Translations under genes and position numbers: made by a program
Shown here: positions 10,348-19,336 of the stretch, in pieces
Numbering within the stretch: the first letter of the stretch is position 1
Layout of the letters: every line of letters begins with the position of its first letter
The notes under the pieces: model-generated
Seen by the model: only the letters and a program-made list of their open reading frames with translations
What the model was told of the DNA's origin: nothing
The model's database searches: none
Origin: a virus
Strand: one strand, 5' to 3'
IMG/VR virus record: IMGVR_UViG_3300035070_003528
Coordinates: 1 to 64,000 of that record
DNA length: 64,000 nucleotides

Positions 10348-11223
10348 CTAAATTTCTAAAGTAATTTCTGTCAATCGGGCTTCCAGTTCCTGCTGTTTTA
10401 ACTCCCGTCCTAGACGTTCCTTCTCGGAACCGTTGTCATCATCGGTCGATTCAACTTCTAGTTCAGGAAGTCCCGCTGATTTATAATGTTTATTCAACTC
10501 CGCAATTGGAGTATCTACCATTCGGTATTCTGCTGGGCGATGTGTCCCAGTCATCTCCACCATAGGCCATCTAGTGATCTCACCAGATTTCGTAACTCGT
10601 TTGGCCGCTGACAACACACCAGACGATGGATATAGCATCCGTTTCTCAATAAGTGGCTTAACCAGCTTTTTATATGCCTCGTGTTCAGTGATCTTAGCCT
10701 TAAACCACATACCAACTTCATCTTCTTCCATTTCAGTGACTCGACCAATCACGGTGGATTTAATCGTTCCGTCCATGCCGTGGTCAAACAAAAATGGAAT
10801 TGCGCCCATGCCATCGAAAACGCTTTTAATCTCGGCTGTTTTTTGCGTGAAATACTCTCCGTGGTAATCCTTATTTTCAGAATCTCCCCACAGAATTCCG
10901 TATGCACCAATTTCATCATCACCAATGGCTTTAATAGCAGTTAGAAACGAGGCGTACTTTGTTTCATACCCAGCCACTCGCTTGACCTTTTCCCATTGAT
11001 TAACATCGGAAATTTCAACATCTTCTCCATCACGAGAATACGGAACTTTCCACAAATCCTTGTCCTTCTGGGCAATGACATAAGTCGGAAACGTTTCTAC
11101 AATCCAGCCACTATAGCCAAATTTTTCTTCCCACTCGTGCCGAACGTCAGAAATCATTGCGTCGAACGAAATCTCGTCAATTGATTCTGTTTGAACATCT
11201 TCTAATTCAGGTTCTTCATCCAT
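10348..11223 (-). CDS. prohead maturation protease (HK97/herpes-like fold) with N-terminal extra domain
   Basis: GEYF, FDHG, IGRV...DEVGMWF, SSG, W..E.T...PAE; immediately precedes the capsid gene. Confidence 0.85.
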   Translation of the reverse strand: MDEEPELEDVQTESIDEISFDAMISDVRHEWEEKFGYSGWIVETFPTYVIAQKDKDLWKVPYSRDGEDVEISDVNQWEKVKRVAGYETKYASFLTAIKAIGDDEIGAYGILWGDSENKDYHGEYFTQKTAEIKSVFDGMGAIPFLFDHGMDGTIKSTVIGRVTEMEEDEVGMWFKAKITEHEAYKKLVKPLIEKRMLYPSSGVLSAAKRVTKSGEITRWPMVEMTGTHRPAEYRMVDTPIAELNKHYKSAGLPELEVESTDDDNGSEKERLGRELKQQELEARLTEITLEI

Positions 11224-11250
11224 AATTTCGCATAGCCTAAGTAATTAAAC

Positions 11251-11340
11251 AAAAAAAGAGCGACAAGCCAATTAAGACCTGTCGCTCTGGGCGATCTAAA
11301 TATTCGTTTTTATTTTATGTTATCCTGCCCCGCTTGTCAA
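11251..11340 (-). promoter_or_regulatory. late promoter (TTGACA-17-TAAAAT) followed by a promoter-proximal terminator/attenuator
   Basis: -35 at 11335-11340, -10 at 11312-11317; hairpin agagcgacag...cttgtcgctc plus T7 at 11288-11251. Confidence 0.65.
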
Positions 11341-11467
11341 GGACGGTGTTTAAAAAACAACCAACCGCCAACTCCGAGGCCGATAACCAGCAAAATAGTA
11401 CCACAAACTTGTACTGCATTATCTATCAATAACCCAAATAATCCGATGTCACTTCCCATAATTTCTC

Positions 11468-12334
11468 CTACGCTAATAAACCTTCTAACAAAGGCGTTTG
11501 CCAGTCGTAAGAAGATTTAAATAACGTCATATTGCCATCCATGTCCAGGTATTTAGAAAATAACCCGTGTTCGTATAAATCTGCATTAATCCAATCGCGT
11601 TTCTTTAACTGATTATAGAAATAAGCACCATACGCGAATTGATTCAAATTGTCTACTTCATGCAATCTGTCAAACATGTACGTGTATACAGGTTCCATAT
11701 CAATTGGTTCACCAAATCCAATCGCTTGATACGGTAGGACAACAAAGTATTCAACAACATCACGATATTCATTAGCAATGTTTAGCATAGTGTCCACGTC
11801 GTTAATACTCATTGGAATAAAATGAAGATTAAGTTTTGTGATGCCGCATAGCTTTTTAATCGCAACTCGCCAGTATTTCTCTAAATGAGCATGGGTAGTA
11901 ACAGCAACTCCGCCAGCATATTCTTCTGTAGCATCGAGAACTGTATTAGACAAATGCATTCCGTTCGTTGTGTAATTAGGCATGATACCCAATCCGCGAA
12001 TTGTTTTCATGAACTCAGGGAAATCTGGATGCATCGTTGGTTCACCAGCCCCACCAATCGCAATCTGGAACGGCCGTTCATTCATGCTCATCGAACCGAA
12101 ATACTGCGTTGCCTTGCCGACTACATTGTCATAATTCTTCCCCCGTGGTGTTGAGCTAATATAGCAATACTGACACCTACCGGCGCATAGGCTATTTATT
12201 GCCACATCGTAGAGTTCTGGATACTGCAACTCAGTATAGTCATTACTATCACAGATTCTCCAATGAACAGTTTTCCCGCTTGGGGAGAACAATGCCGCAT
12301 AATTGCTATCACTAAATACACGTTTTCTAACCAT
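11468..12334 (-). CDS. radical SAM protein
   Basis: CAGRCQYC (CxxxCxxC), GGAGEPT, YTTNG. Likely start MVRKRVF at 12334, overlapping the upstream stop. Confidence 0.9.
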   Translation of the reverse strand: MVRKRVFSDSNYAALFSPSGKTVHWRICDSNDYTELQYPELYDVAINSLCAGRCQYCYISSTPRGKNYDNVVGKATQYFGSMSMNERPFQIAIGGAGEPTMHPDFPEFMKTIRGLGIMPNYTTNGMHLSNTVLDATEEYAGGVAVTTHAHLEKYWRVAIKKLCGITKLNLHFIPMSINDVDTMLNIANEYRDVVEYFVVLPYQAIGFGEPIDMEPVYTYMFDRLHEVDNLNQFAYGAYFYNQLKKRDWINADLYEHGLFSKYLDMDGNMTLFKSSYDWQTPLLEGLLA

Positions 12335-12800
12335 CGTATGATGCCTCGTGGGAAAACAATCGCTCAACAAGTTTGCCTATTTCGGTAGGAGCACCGTCTT
12401 TGAGAGAAATCAAATACGATGATTCACGATATTCATAATCATTCTCGAAAAAATCATCTGTAATAATTCCTTCTTTAACCAGACCAAGACCAATATCAAT
12501 AATTCGCTTACGTTGATCAGCACTATATGGTTCATCAAAGATAGTTCCGTAATGCGACATAATAGTTGCGGCATCATCTTCATCCATCTCTTCAAAATAC
12601 TCGTCGATATATTCCAGCTTGCTCATATCTTTTACTACTACAATATCAAATACATCACGAGACTTCTTTTCTGTTCCAAAGTGCTTCAATAATTCATCAA
12701 TGAAATTGTGCATGGTATCCGGCGAACTCGCCATACTGTACACAACTGACGAACTGTTTGTAATAATGTCTGTGCTAAACGGTTTAATAACAATGTTCAT
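12327..12800 (-). CDS. conserved phage protein with N-terminal 'DIITNSSS' motif
   Basis: Motif visible; translationally coupled to the radical SAM gene. Confidence 0.65.
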   Translation of the reverse strand: MNIVIKPFSTDIITNSSSVVYSMASSPDTMHNFIDELLKHFGTEKKSRDVFDIVVVKDMSKLEYIDEYFEEMDEDDAATIMSHYGTIFDEPYSADQRKRIIDIGLGLVKEGIITDDFFENDYEYRESSYLISLKDGAPTEIGKLVERLFSHEASYDG

Positions 12801-13114
12801 TTATCTTATCCTTTTGTAAATTATTTAACTTCTTCTGGCATATTATCAAACAAAATCAATAACAAGCCGCAACTACCAAATAAAAACATCAGCACTTGCC
12901 AATACGCGCTTGCACCAATTGTCCACAATGTCGTACCAATCAGCAACGCCATACAAAACATGCCGATACCGGTTTTTGTGTTAATACTCATCATTTAAAA
13001 CAGTTAGAATGCCTAACAATAGTAACATACTACAGATACATAATACAAATGGGTGTTGAAAAAAATAGCCAAACGCAACGGCCGTTATTATCATTGGTAA
13101 TCCAGCGATTCGTT

Positions 13115-14194
13115 TCATAAACATTCCTGCCCCACATATTTCATAACCATACTTGACGCATTTTTACCATCGACCATTGCAAACAAAGCCCCACTATAAC
13201 GGTGTTCTTTTACTGCGACAGCGAATTCCTTCCTGCTCGTTTTTGGCGCAGCGTCATATGCTCGAACTATTTCCTGTGTAATATCATTAGAAACAGTATT
13301 GAATTCGTCGTACCATTCCTCTATTTGCTGAATGAATTCATCTGGAATATCAGGCATGTCTTTGCCATTTTTCCACATTTCATATGCGTTTTTTTTGCTA
13401 ATATTATTAATGATTTTATGTAACCACACATAATCATCGCCTTTTACTTTAAATCTCTGCCCGTTGCTATATAGCAAAACATATCCCTCTTGCTCTGTGC
13501 CAACTAATTCGTTAGCAGCGCAAATCACTTCCTCGTAACTGTTGAGTTCGTAAACAACCGGCGTACTAAACCCCATGTATGTCGCAAACTCTTTAACAGT
13601 TGAAAAGGGTAGTTCATCACCAGTATATCTGTCAAAAATAGCCAATAAAACCAAATCGGTTCTATCTCCATAGTTAACAACTATCGGAGACAATTCTTTA
13701 TTCTCTGGGTAAATTATTTCAAATAACAGAGTCCATGTATATGGTATCTCGTCTACATAGAAATATATATTCAAATAATTCGTTGCCCAAGCGGCCTGAT
13801 TGGAAAAAAATGAGCCACGAGTAGCAATTTTGTGTTCACCGTCTTGTCGATACAAAATACCAAGACTGCCATCAACTTTCTCAAATACATTCACGAGATG
13901 AGTACCGTTTCTTGGTAATGCAACAGATTCGCCACTTGCTCCATATTGCTGACCGTAATTAAAGAATTTTGGAAATGGTTGCGCAACTATCTCTCCAGTT
14001 GTCTTGTCAATAATCAATCCACGACAAACTCGCTCGTATGCATTCCATTCGTTAGCCCATTGCGCTTCATGAGTGTAGCTAAACAAAACCAAGCTGCCAT
14101 TGTGATCTGTTTTAATTCGGCCGTATTTTGTCCAGTCAGTTTCTCCGGCTAATAACGCATCTCTTATTTCTAAAGCGGTGTCGATTAATCTCAT
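13115..14194 (-). CDS. T4 Rnl1-like RNA ligase
   Basis: CRGLI, PFPKFFN, EKVDGSLG (KxDG), ATRGSF, FEII, EGYVL, KVKGDDY. Confidence 0.92.
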   Translation of the reverse strand: MRLIDTALEIRDALLAGETDWTKYGRIKTDHNGSLVLFSYTHEAQWANEWNAYERVCRGLIIDKTTGEIVAQPFPKFFNYGQQYGASGESVALPRNGTHLVNVFEKVDGSLGILYRQDGEHKIATRGSFFSNQAAWATNYLNIYFYVDEIPYTWTLLFEIIYPENKELSPIVVNYGDRTDLVLLAIFDRYTGDELPFSTVKEFATYMGFSTPVVYELNSYEEVICAANELVGTEQEGYVLLYSNGQRFKVKGDDYVWLHKIINNISKKNAYEMWKNGKDMPDIPDEFIQQIEEWYDEFNTVSNDITQEIVRAYDAAPKTSRKEFAVAVKEHRYSGALFAMVDGKNASSMVMKYVGQECL

Positions 14195-14203
14195 TAAAAA
14201 TCC

Positions 14204-14506
14204 TTACATAAATAACGTAACAACATAACCAGTCGCTACAACAAAAACTGGGCGTAATAAACTAGACACTATATTTACAACTCCATCCTCTGTACTCGCT
14301 TTTTTACTGGAATCAGTTTTCGGTGTTTCGGTTGTAAGCATCCCAATTAACAACGCAATACCAATGGCAACTGGTATCGTTAATTCAGGGACATTAAAAT
14401 AAGGAATAACAAACCATCCCCACAATTTAACGAATGCCCAACCGTTCAAAAGCGCACTCGCAAATATAATTGATACATACAATATAAACAATCCAACGTA
14501 TTTCAT
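14204..14506 (-). CDS. membrane protein
   Basis: Hydrophobic 100 aa; LWGWFVIP..N.PELT motif; GGAG RBS. Confidence 0.65.
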   Translation of the reverse strand: MKYVGLFILYVSIIFASALLNGWAFVKLWGWFVIPYFNVPELTIPVAIGIALLIGMLTTETPKTDSSKKASTEDGVVNIVSSLLRPVFVVATGYVVTLFM

Positions 14507-14515
14507 AACAATCTC

Positions 14516-14791
14516 CTACCAACGCTCGTGATAATTTGTTAACTCTTGGACGAATTTATCAAACTCAATTTCCATAATATCAAAGTAATCCCAAGTGAAT
14601 CGTTTTGCGAAATACTTATTCCCACTCTTGACTAATGTCCATGTATTAAAACCTGGACTTAACCAACCTTCTGTCCATACAGACATCAACGGATCGATTG
14701 TATTTCGCTCTTTATCAGTCCACGCTCCATCGTATACATGGCTAATTCCATTTGGTTCCATATTTTTCATAAACAAAGATGCAATATTCAT
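14516..14791 (-). CDS. hypothetical protein
   Basis: AAGGAG RBS and upstream TATAAT. Confidence 0.65.
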   Translation of the reverse strand: MNIASLFMKNMEPNGISHVYDGAWTDKERNTIDPLMSVWTEGWLSPGFNTWTLVKSGNKYFAKRFTWDYFDIMEIEFDKFVQELTNYHERW

Positions 14792-14866
14792 AACAATCTC
14801 CTTAAGTAATTTCGATTATTATATAACATAAATTAATTCGTCACAATGGTAATAAAGTGCTATGTC

Positions 14867-15013
14867 TTGACTACTGTATAGATTTGTAGATAATGTAAGT
14901 ATGATCCAAAACTAACTAATGTAGTTCAGTATTAGGTAACGGCCGTGGTTGTTACTGTGCTGGACAGAATGTGAATGTGAGATCAACTAGGCTAACACAG
15001 GTTGGCCTTTTTT
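14867..15013 (+). ncRNA. candidate sRNA transcription unit (promoter, long hairpin, terminator)
   Basis: ttgact-16-gataat; hairpin ttcagta..gtaacggcc-gt-ggttgttac..tgctgga; terminator aggctaac-acag-gttggcct plus T run; no ORF. Confidence 0.4.
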
Positions 15014-15269
15014 ATTTCTATATACTATTCTTTCATTATTTATAGGAATTATTTTTGTTACTAAAAGTCATTTACTGTCGTTGATAAGTGCGTGCGTGTG
15101 CCTTTTTGACTGTGATGCACAGACTGTGACTGGTTGCAACTGCTGTCGCTAAGAAATATGTGATAACTGTGTGGATTTGTGACAAAAATATGTGTTGTGT
15201 GTTAAAAAACGAGGTGCTGTTCCAACGCAAAAAACCGGCTACCCGGCAATCAACTTAAGCAAATCAGTG

Positions 15270-16085
15270 TTATTCTAGTTTATATCGCCAGTTCCCTTTA
15301 TTCACTTCGCCCCAGTTGATTTCACTAACAAGCACACGGCTGTGTTGATTCTTTGCCAGCTTAACCAATTCGATTTCCATGTCGTTTGCTACTGTGACAA
15401 ACATGCGTTCGTGCTCTTCAATCGCTGCCTGTAGCGTATCGGCCGTCGGGTTTAGGTGACGAGTACGATTAACAACTTCTTTATGAATCGCAATTAAATC
15501 ACTTGGCTTGCCACTGATGACAAAGATGTGGTTATAAACATCGATGTATTCGCCATCTTCTTCAACTTCTTCCACGGTTCGTTGGTAGCCACCTGTCACA
15601 CGCGAGTTAGGCGGAGTAGCGAAAGTGGCATCGACCCACTGTGCAGTCATGTCGCTCATGCACAGAATGATGTCACCATCTTGCGGCTCAATAACGCACA
15701 GAATAACTAATGTTCCATCAGGTTGCGGAATACGCATCACTCGTTCGATACCATGTTCACGGCGCAGTTTGTTGCAATCATTGTCATCGCCAACAACCTG
15801 GACAACGGTTCCGGTTTTGAAGTGCGCCATTGTATCAACAATGATATTGAACTTATCCATGCGGAATTGTCTACTACAGGACTCGCATTCATTTTTGTTC
15901 TTACAGCGATAAGTCCAGTGTTCAAACGTTCGCGTGGCATTGTTTAGCTTATAACTAGGAAACCAGCACCACGCTACCGGACTGGACATCATGTCGGCAA
16001 TTACACCAGCGCGATGACCCTCGGCTTCCGCTAAGAATGCGCCAAGGTTAAATGAATTTTGTTCAAATACTTTTTGATCTAACAT
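15270..16085 (-). CDS. hypothetical protein with a CxxxxxCxxC Zn motif, paralog of 63198..>64000
   Basis: RCKNKNECESC; shares an MRxPQxDG motif with the right-end ORF. Confidence 0.6.
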   Translation of the reverse strand: MLDQKVFEQNSFNLGAFLAEAEGHRAGVIADMMSSPVAWCWFPSYKLNNATRTFEHWTYRCKNKNECESCSRQFRMDKFNIIVDTMAHFKTGTVVQVVGDDNDCNKLRREHGIERVMRIPQPDGTLVILCVIEPQDGDIILCMSDMTAQWVDATFATPPNSRVTGGYQRTVEEVEEDGEYIDVYNHIFVISGKPSDLIAIHKEVVNRTRHLNPTADTLQAAIEEHERMFVTVANDMEIELVKLAKNQHSRVLVSEINWGEVNKGNWRYKLE

Positions 16086-16086
16086 A

Positions 16087-16341
16087 TTAACTCCAATCTA
16101 TTTGATCTTCACGAATCACTTCTTTAGTCACAACTTTCTTAATCGGGACTCTATTGTATTTTCGGGCAACCCGTAGCAATATCTCATCTTTTTCTCTTAG
16201 GGCTTGTTCAATTGTGTCAAAGTCAGGTAGGATGTGTCTGGACGCATGTTCTGATTCTTTCAATACTGCTTTTACTACTTTATCAATATTATCCCAATAG
16301 AATGTTGTTATTTCGATTTCTTTTATTCTTGGCGCGTTCAT
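16087..16341 (-). CDS. hypothetical protein
   Basis: ATGA coupling with the upstream ORF. Confidence 0.6.
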   Translation of the reverse strand: MNAPRIKEIEITTFYWDNIDKVVKAVLKESEHASRHILPDFDTIEQALREKDEILLRVARKYNRVPIKKVVTKEVIREDQIDWS

Positions 16342-16544
16342 GATTTCCTTCTCTTTCTAATCTCGCTGATTATTGTGCCAAGTTGTCCAGTTCTATGGAA
16401 TTTCCCACAATAATCACATTTGTAATATCGCTGCCCTTTTTGATAAGCGTCTGACTCATTATCATAAGCAACTTTATAAGTACAAGATCGCTGTCGCCGT
16501 CTTTTTTCTTGTGCTTGCTCAGAAAACTCACTGTACTTATTCAT
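16338..16544 (-). CDS. small Zn-finger protein
   Basis: SCTYKVAY...YYKCDYCGKFHRT. Confidence 0.65.
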   Translation of the reverse strand: MNKYSEFSEQAQEKRRRQRSCTYKVAYDNESDAYQKGQRYYKCDYCGKFHRTGQLGTIISEIRKRRKS

Positions 16545-16558
16545 AATTAACCTTTCAG

Positions 16559-16640
16559 TCGGCTAGATAGGAATCGAACCTATAAGGAATAATCCAATTG
16601 ATTTTAAGTCAATCGCGTTTGCCAATTTCGCCACTAGCCG
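16559..16640 (-). tRNA. tRNA-Leu (anticodon TAA), CCA not encoded
   Basis: Acceptor stem CGGCTAG/CTAGCCG, D-loop TGGCAAAC, anticodon arm ATTGA-CTTAAAA-TCAAT, long variable arm, T-loop GGTTCGATTCC, discriminator A. Confidence 0.93.
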
Positions 16641-16656
16641 TACAAATCTATTCTCG

Positions 16657-16995
16657 TCAATTTTCAACACGAAAACTTTGCACAACACCATCGAACACTG
16701 TGATTTCATTCCAGTATCTTCCGTTTACCTCTCTTTTGGTACAATACACTCGCATGTAAGCAGTCCCGTTTTCTGCGTTACTACTATCATCATTGTCATC
16801 TGCTTTGCATTCGTGAGCAATAACAGTTGTCACATCATTGTTGATTAGCGTGATTTCATAAGATAGAAGCTGGTCTTGATACTGTGCGCTCATTGCGTCT
16901 TCTGTGGCATTGATGTCTATTTCGTACCCCTGTCCATCTTGGCACGATGTTGATAAAATAATCACAAAAATTAATACCGCCATTAGTTTCTTCAT
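16657..16995 (-). CDS. lipoprotein
   Basis: MKKLMAVLIFVIILSTSC signal peptide with lipobox-like Cys; GGAG RBS at 17002-17005. Confidence 0.65.
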   Translation of the reverse strand: MKKLMAVLIFVIILSTSCQDGQGYEIDINATEDAMSAQYQDQLLSYEITLINNDVTTVIAHECKADDNDDSSNAENGTAYMRVYCTKREVNGRYWNEITVFDGVVQSFRVEN

Positions 16996-17009
16996 AATAT
17001 TCTCCAAAT

Positions 17010-17137
17010 AAAAAAGACCATTTACTAACTGCTCAAAGTTTCCCTTGAGTGCCACCCCAAGTCAATTATCTAATACACTATTTACGGGCTTATGTATTTA
17101 GACGACTAACTTTGAAGCAGCTAGTAAATGGTCTTTT
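17010..17137 (-). ncRNA. C4/CI-like antisense RNA candidate (three-way junction)
   Basis: ~28-bp terminal stem (aagaccatttact..ctgc..caaagtt / aactttg..gcag..agtaaatggtctt) with two internal hairpins, an upstream TGcTATACT -10 and a trailing T run. The loops are complementary to upstream sequence at 17152-17171. Confidence 0.55.
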
Positions 17138-17426
17138 AGTATAGCACAATTCCGTAAACAATAGTGTGGCAGACTATTGCGGCTAGTTAAAAGTTAAATT
17201 GTTAAGTGTTGAGTGAGGAGATTTACAACTGTTTTATCTAAACCCTCTTGCCGAAGTACCGAATTCAGTCTCGACTTTCAATCAACAACTGTCAAAATGA
17301 TACTACCATACGGCCGTTTTGTCAACCAGTACCATTATCCCAATTAAGTTCCCCTTGTGATTGACAGTCCAATAAATACCCCAATAAAAAACGCGATTAC
17401 GATAATTGTTAAGATAGTTATAATGC

Positions 17427-17747
17427 TCATTTCACCTCATCAGACCATTGCTTTCGGTAATAGTCATAATACGGTTCTACAATTCGTTCATTAAAATTGC
17501 CTACGGTTAATTCATTAAGCCAGTCATCTTCCTCTGGCGAACCGGCCGTGTTTTTGTAGAATTCAACAAATGCTTCTGTTAATAGTTTCTCTTTGGTCGC
17601 AACTGTGTCGTATGGATACATATTCATCATATGATTGATGTGGTTTACATACCATTCAAGTGGATGAGATAGCCCACAGGCCATTCCTAATTGCGCTGTG
17701 TAGATGAATGTTTCCATTTGCTCTACGGTCATCTTTTCTTCTTCCAC
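17427..17747 (-). CDS. hypothetical protein
   Basis: GGAGG RBS and GTG start. Confidence 0.6.
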   Translation of the reverse strand: MEEEKMTVEQMETFIYTAQLGMACGLSHPLEWYVNHINHMMNMYPYDTVATKEKLLTEAFVEFYKNTAGSPEEDDWLNELTVGNFNERIVEPYYDYYRKQWSDEVK

Positions 17748-17885
17748 GATTCCTCCTATATCAATACAAATGATAAGAATAAAATAATAGATATAATAAT
17801 CATGCCGATGCTAAATATTACTAAATCGTTCCAGCAATCCATTCTGTTCCAGAATTCCATGTCATCCCATCGTTCGTTCTCAGAG

Positions 17886-18122
17886 TCATTCATTAGTCAC
17901 CAATCCGTTGTACAAATAAATATCCTCACCATCCCAGGTAAATTCGGTTATGATTGGTTGGTCATATTCCATGTGATTATACCCATCTGGCACAGTTGCA
18001 TGTGGGATTACATCGTTTGGCTCAAATTCAACTCGCAACACAACACCACAGCGGCATTTCTTTGATTTGAAATTGTTTAGTTTATTCTCTTTTCCACAAA
18101 TACATCTAACTACTGCATACAT
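17886..18122 (-). CDS. small Zn-ribbon protein
   Basis: CICG...CRCG; GAGG RBS. Confidence 0.6.
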   Translation of the reverse strand: MYAVVRCICGKENKLNNFKSKKCRCGVVLRVEFEPNDVIPHATVPDGYNHMEYDQPIITEFTWDGEDIYLYNGLVTNE

Positions 18123-18336
18123 ATTTCACCTCATACCCGAAGGTAATACTTACATTAGTGGCAAGCCGTATTTATTTGGATACCAGAGTTTGCATAATGT
18201 CTCTTTTGCAATTTGATATTCAGTGAGTAAATCGGCCGAGATTGGAACATTTTTTATAAACGCCTTTTCCCGCAATGCCTTCAATTCGCCCTTGAATAGA
18301 TTTTTCTTATTTCGTTTTGTTGCCTGTTTGGCTAGC

Positions 18337-18735
18337 CTAGTTATTTTCATTTCGACTCCACAGGTGATTGAAGTTAATGAATTCAGGCAATTCTTCGCAT
18401 TCAAAGAATTCGTCGCCAGGAACAAGCCATTCTCCATTCTTCAATTCAGGCTTTCCCTCATAGAGATAAGCAGAGCCGTTTTCGTCAAAGGCGAAATATT
18501 TATAATTCTCTGGCACGGCATCCCAATTGATGGAGATGATTGGTTGCGGCCGTTTTTCAACAGTTTGTTTCCAGTTGTCATTGCTTGGTTTGCATTTCAT
18601 AAAATCTCCCGTAATATCAAGCCACCCATAATTGCCCATACTCGGTTTTTTCTTGTACCAGTACCAAGCACCACTGCCGTCCTGTGCAACATATTTCGCC
18701 CAACTCGGCGCGTCTTTCCAATTTGGCTTATTCAT
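18337..18735 (-). CDS. hypothetical protein with a tandemly duplicated domain
   Basis: NWKDAPSWAKYVAQDGSGAWYWYKKKP and NWDAVPENYKYFAFDENGSAYLYEGKP. Confidence 0.65.
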   Translation of the reverse strand: MNKPNWKDAPSWAKYVAQDGSGAWYWYKKKPSMGNYGWLDITGDFMKCKPSNDNWKQTVEKRPQPIISINWDAVPENYKYFAFDENGSAYLYEGKPELKNGEWLVPGDEFFECEELPEFINFNHLWSRNENN

Positions 18736-19012
18736 AATATACCTCCCAAAAATCTTGAATTAATTCTTCGTCATCAGTAAGTTGTTTCAGCACTCGTCGG
18801 AGTGCGATTTCTTCGCCAATGTATTGGTCGTAATTATCGTTGACTGAACAATATGCATAATCTTCAAGCACAGTAGTTGTGTTGTTTTCGTCAAATGCGA
18901 TAGAACAACCAACGGCGCGATTTGCATATGCATCGTGACCAACTCGCATGGGTGAATCAGACATATTAAGATACTTGAATTCTACCGTATAGTCGTATAC
19001 ATGGAAAATCAT
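18728..19012 (-). CDS. conserved phage protein (gp49-like)
   Basis: AYCSVNDNYDQYIGEEIALRR motif. Confidence 0.55.
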   Translation of the reverse strand: MIFHVYDYTVEFKYLNMSDSPMRVGHDAYANRAVGCSIAFDENNTTTVLEDYAYCSVNDNYDQYIGEEIALRRVLKQLTDDEELIQDFWEVYYE

Positions 19013-19129
19013 GTCGCTTCACCGTATTGTTCATGGTACTGAATTCGCAAAACAAATTTAATATCGTCTTGTTCTTGCTTAGTTAAGAACCAATAATTTC
19101 GCAGCTTGTTTTTGAGTTTACCAAAATCC

Positions 19130-19336
19130 TTATCGTTCACGTTGTTCTCCTATTTGTGACCATGCCTCTCTGTATATTAATACCTTATCATCTACATCAA
19201 CATCATCCCAATCTGGTAATACATCTCTGTTCTGCACCATATCAAACTCTTGTACCGCTCGTACTTTGTCACCTTCCAATAAGTACACGGTCATTTTAGC
19301 CACGTGTACTAAATCAGAAAACACTTCATTATCCAT
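19130..19336 (-). CDS. hypothetical protein
   Basis: Coupled ORF in a minus-strand early operon. Confidence 0.5.
   Translation of the reverse strand: MDNEVFSDLVHVAKMTVYLLEGDKVRAVQEFDMVQNRDVLPDWDDVDVDDKVLIYREAWSQIGEQRER

Noticed and set aside
11226-11236. TTTCGCATAGC shared with the 20071 promoter spacer and 39488
   Set aside because: Opposite orientation relative to the downstream gene, and one copy lies inside a CDS; probably coincidental.
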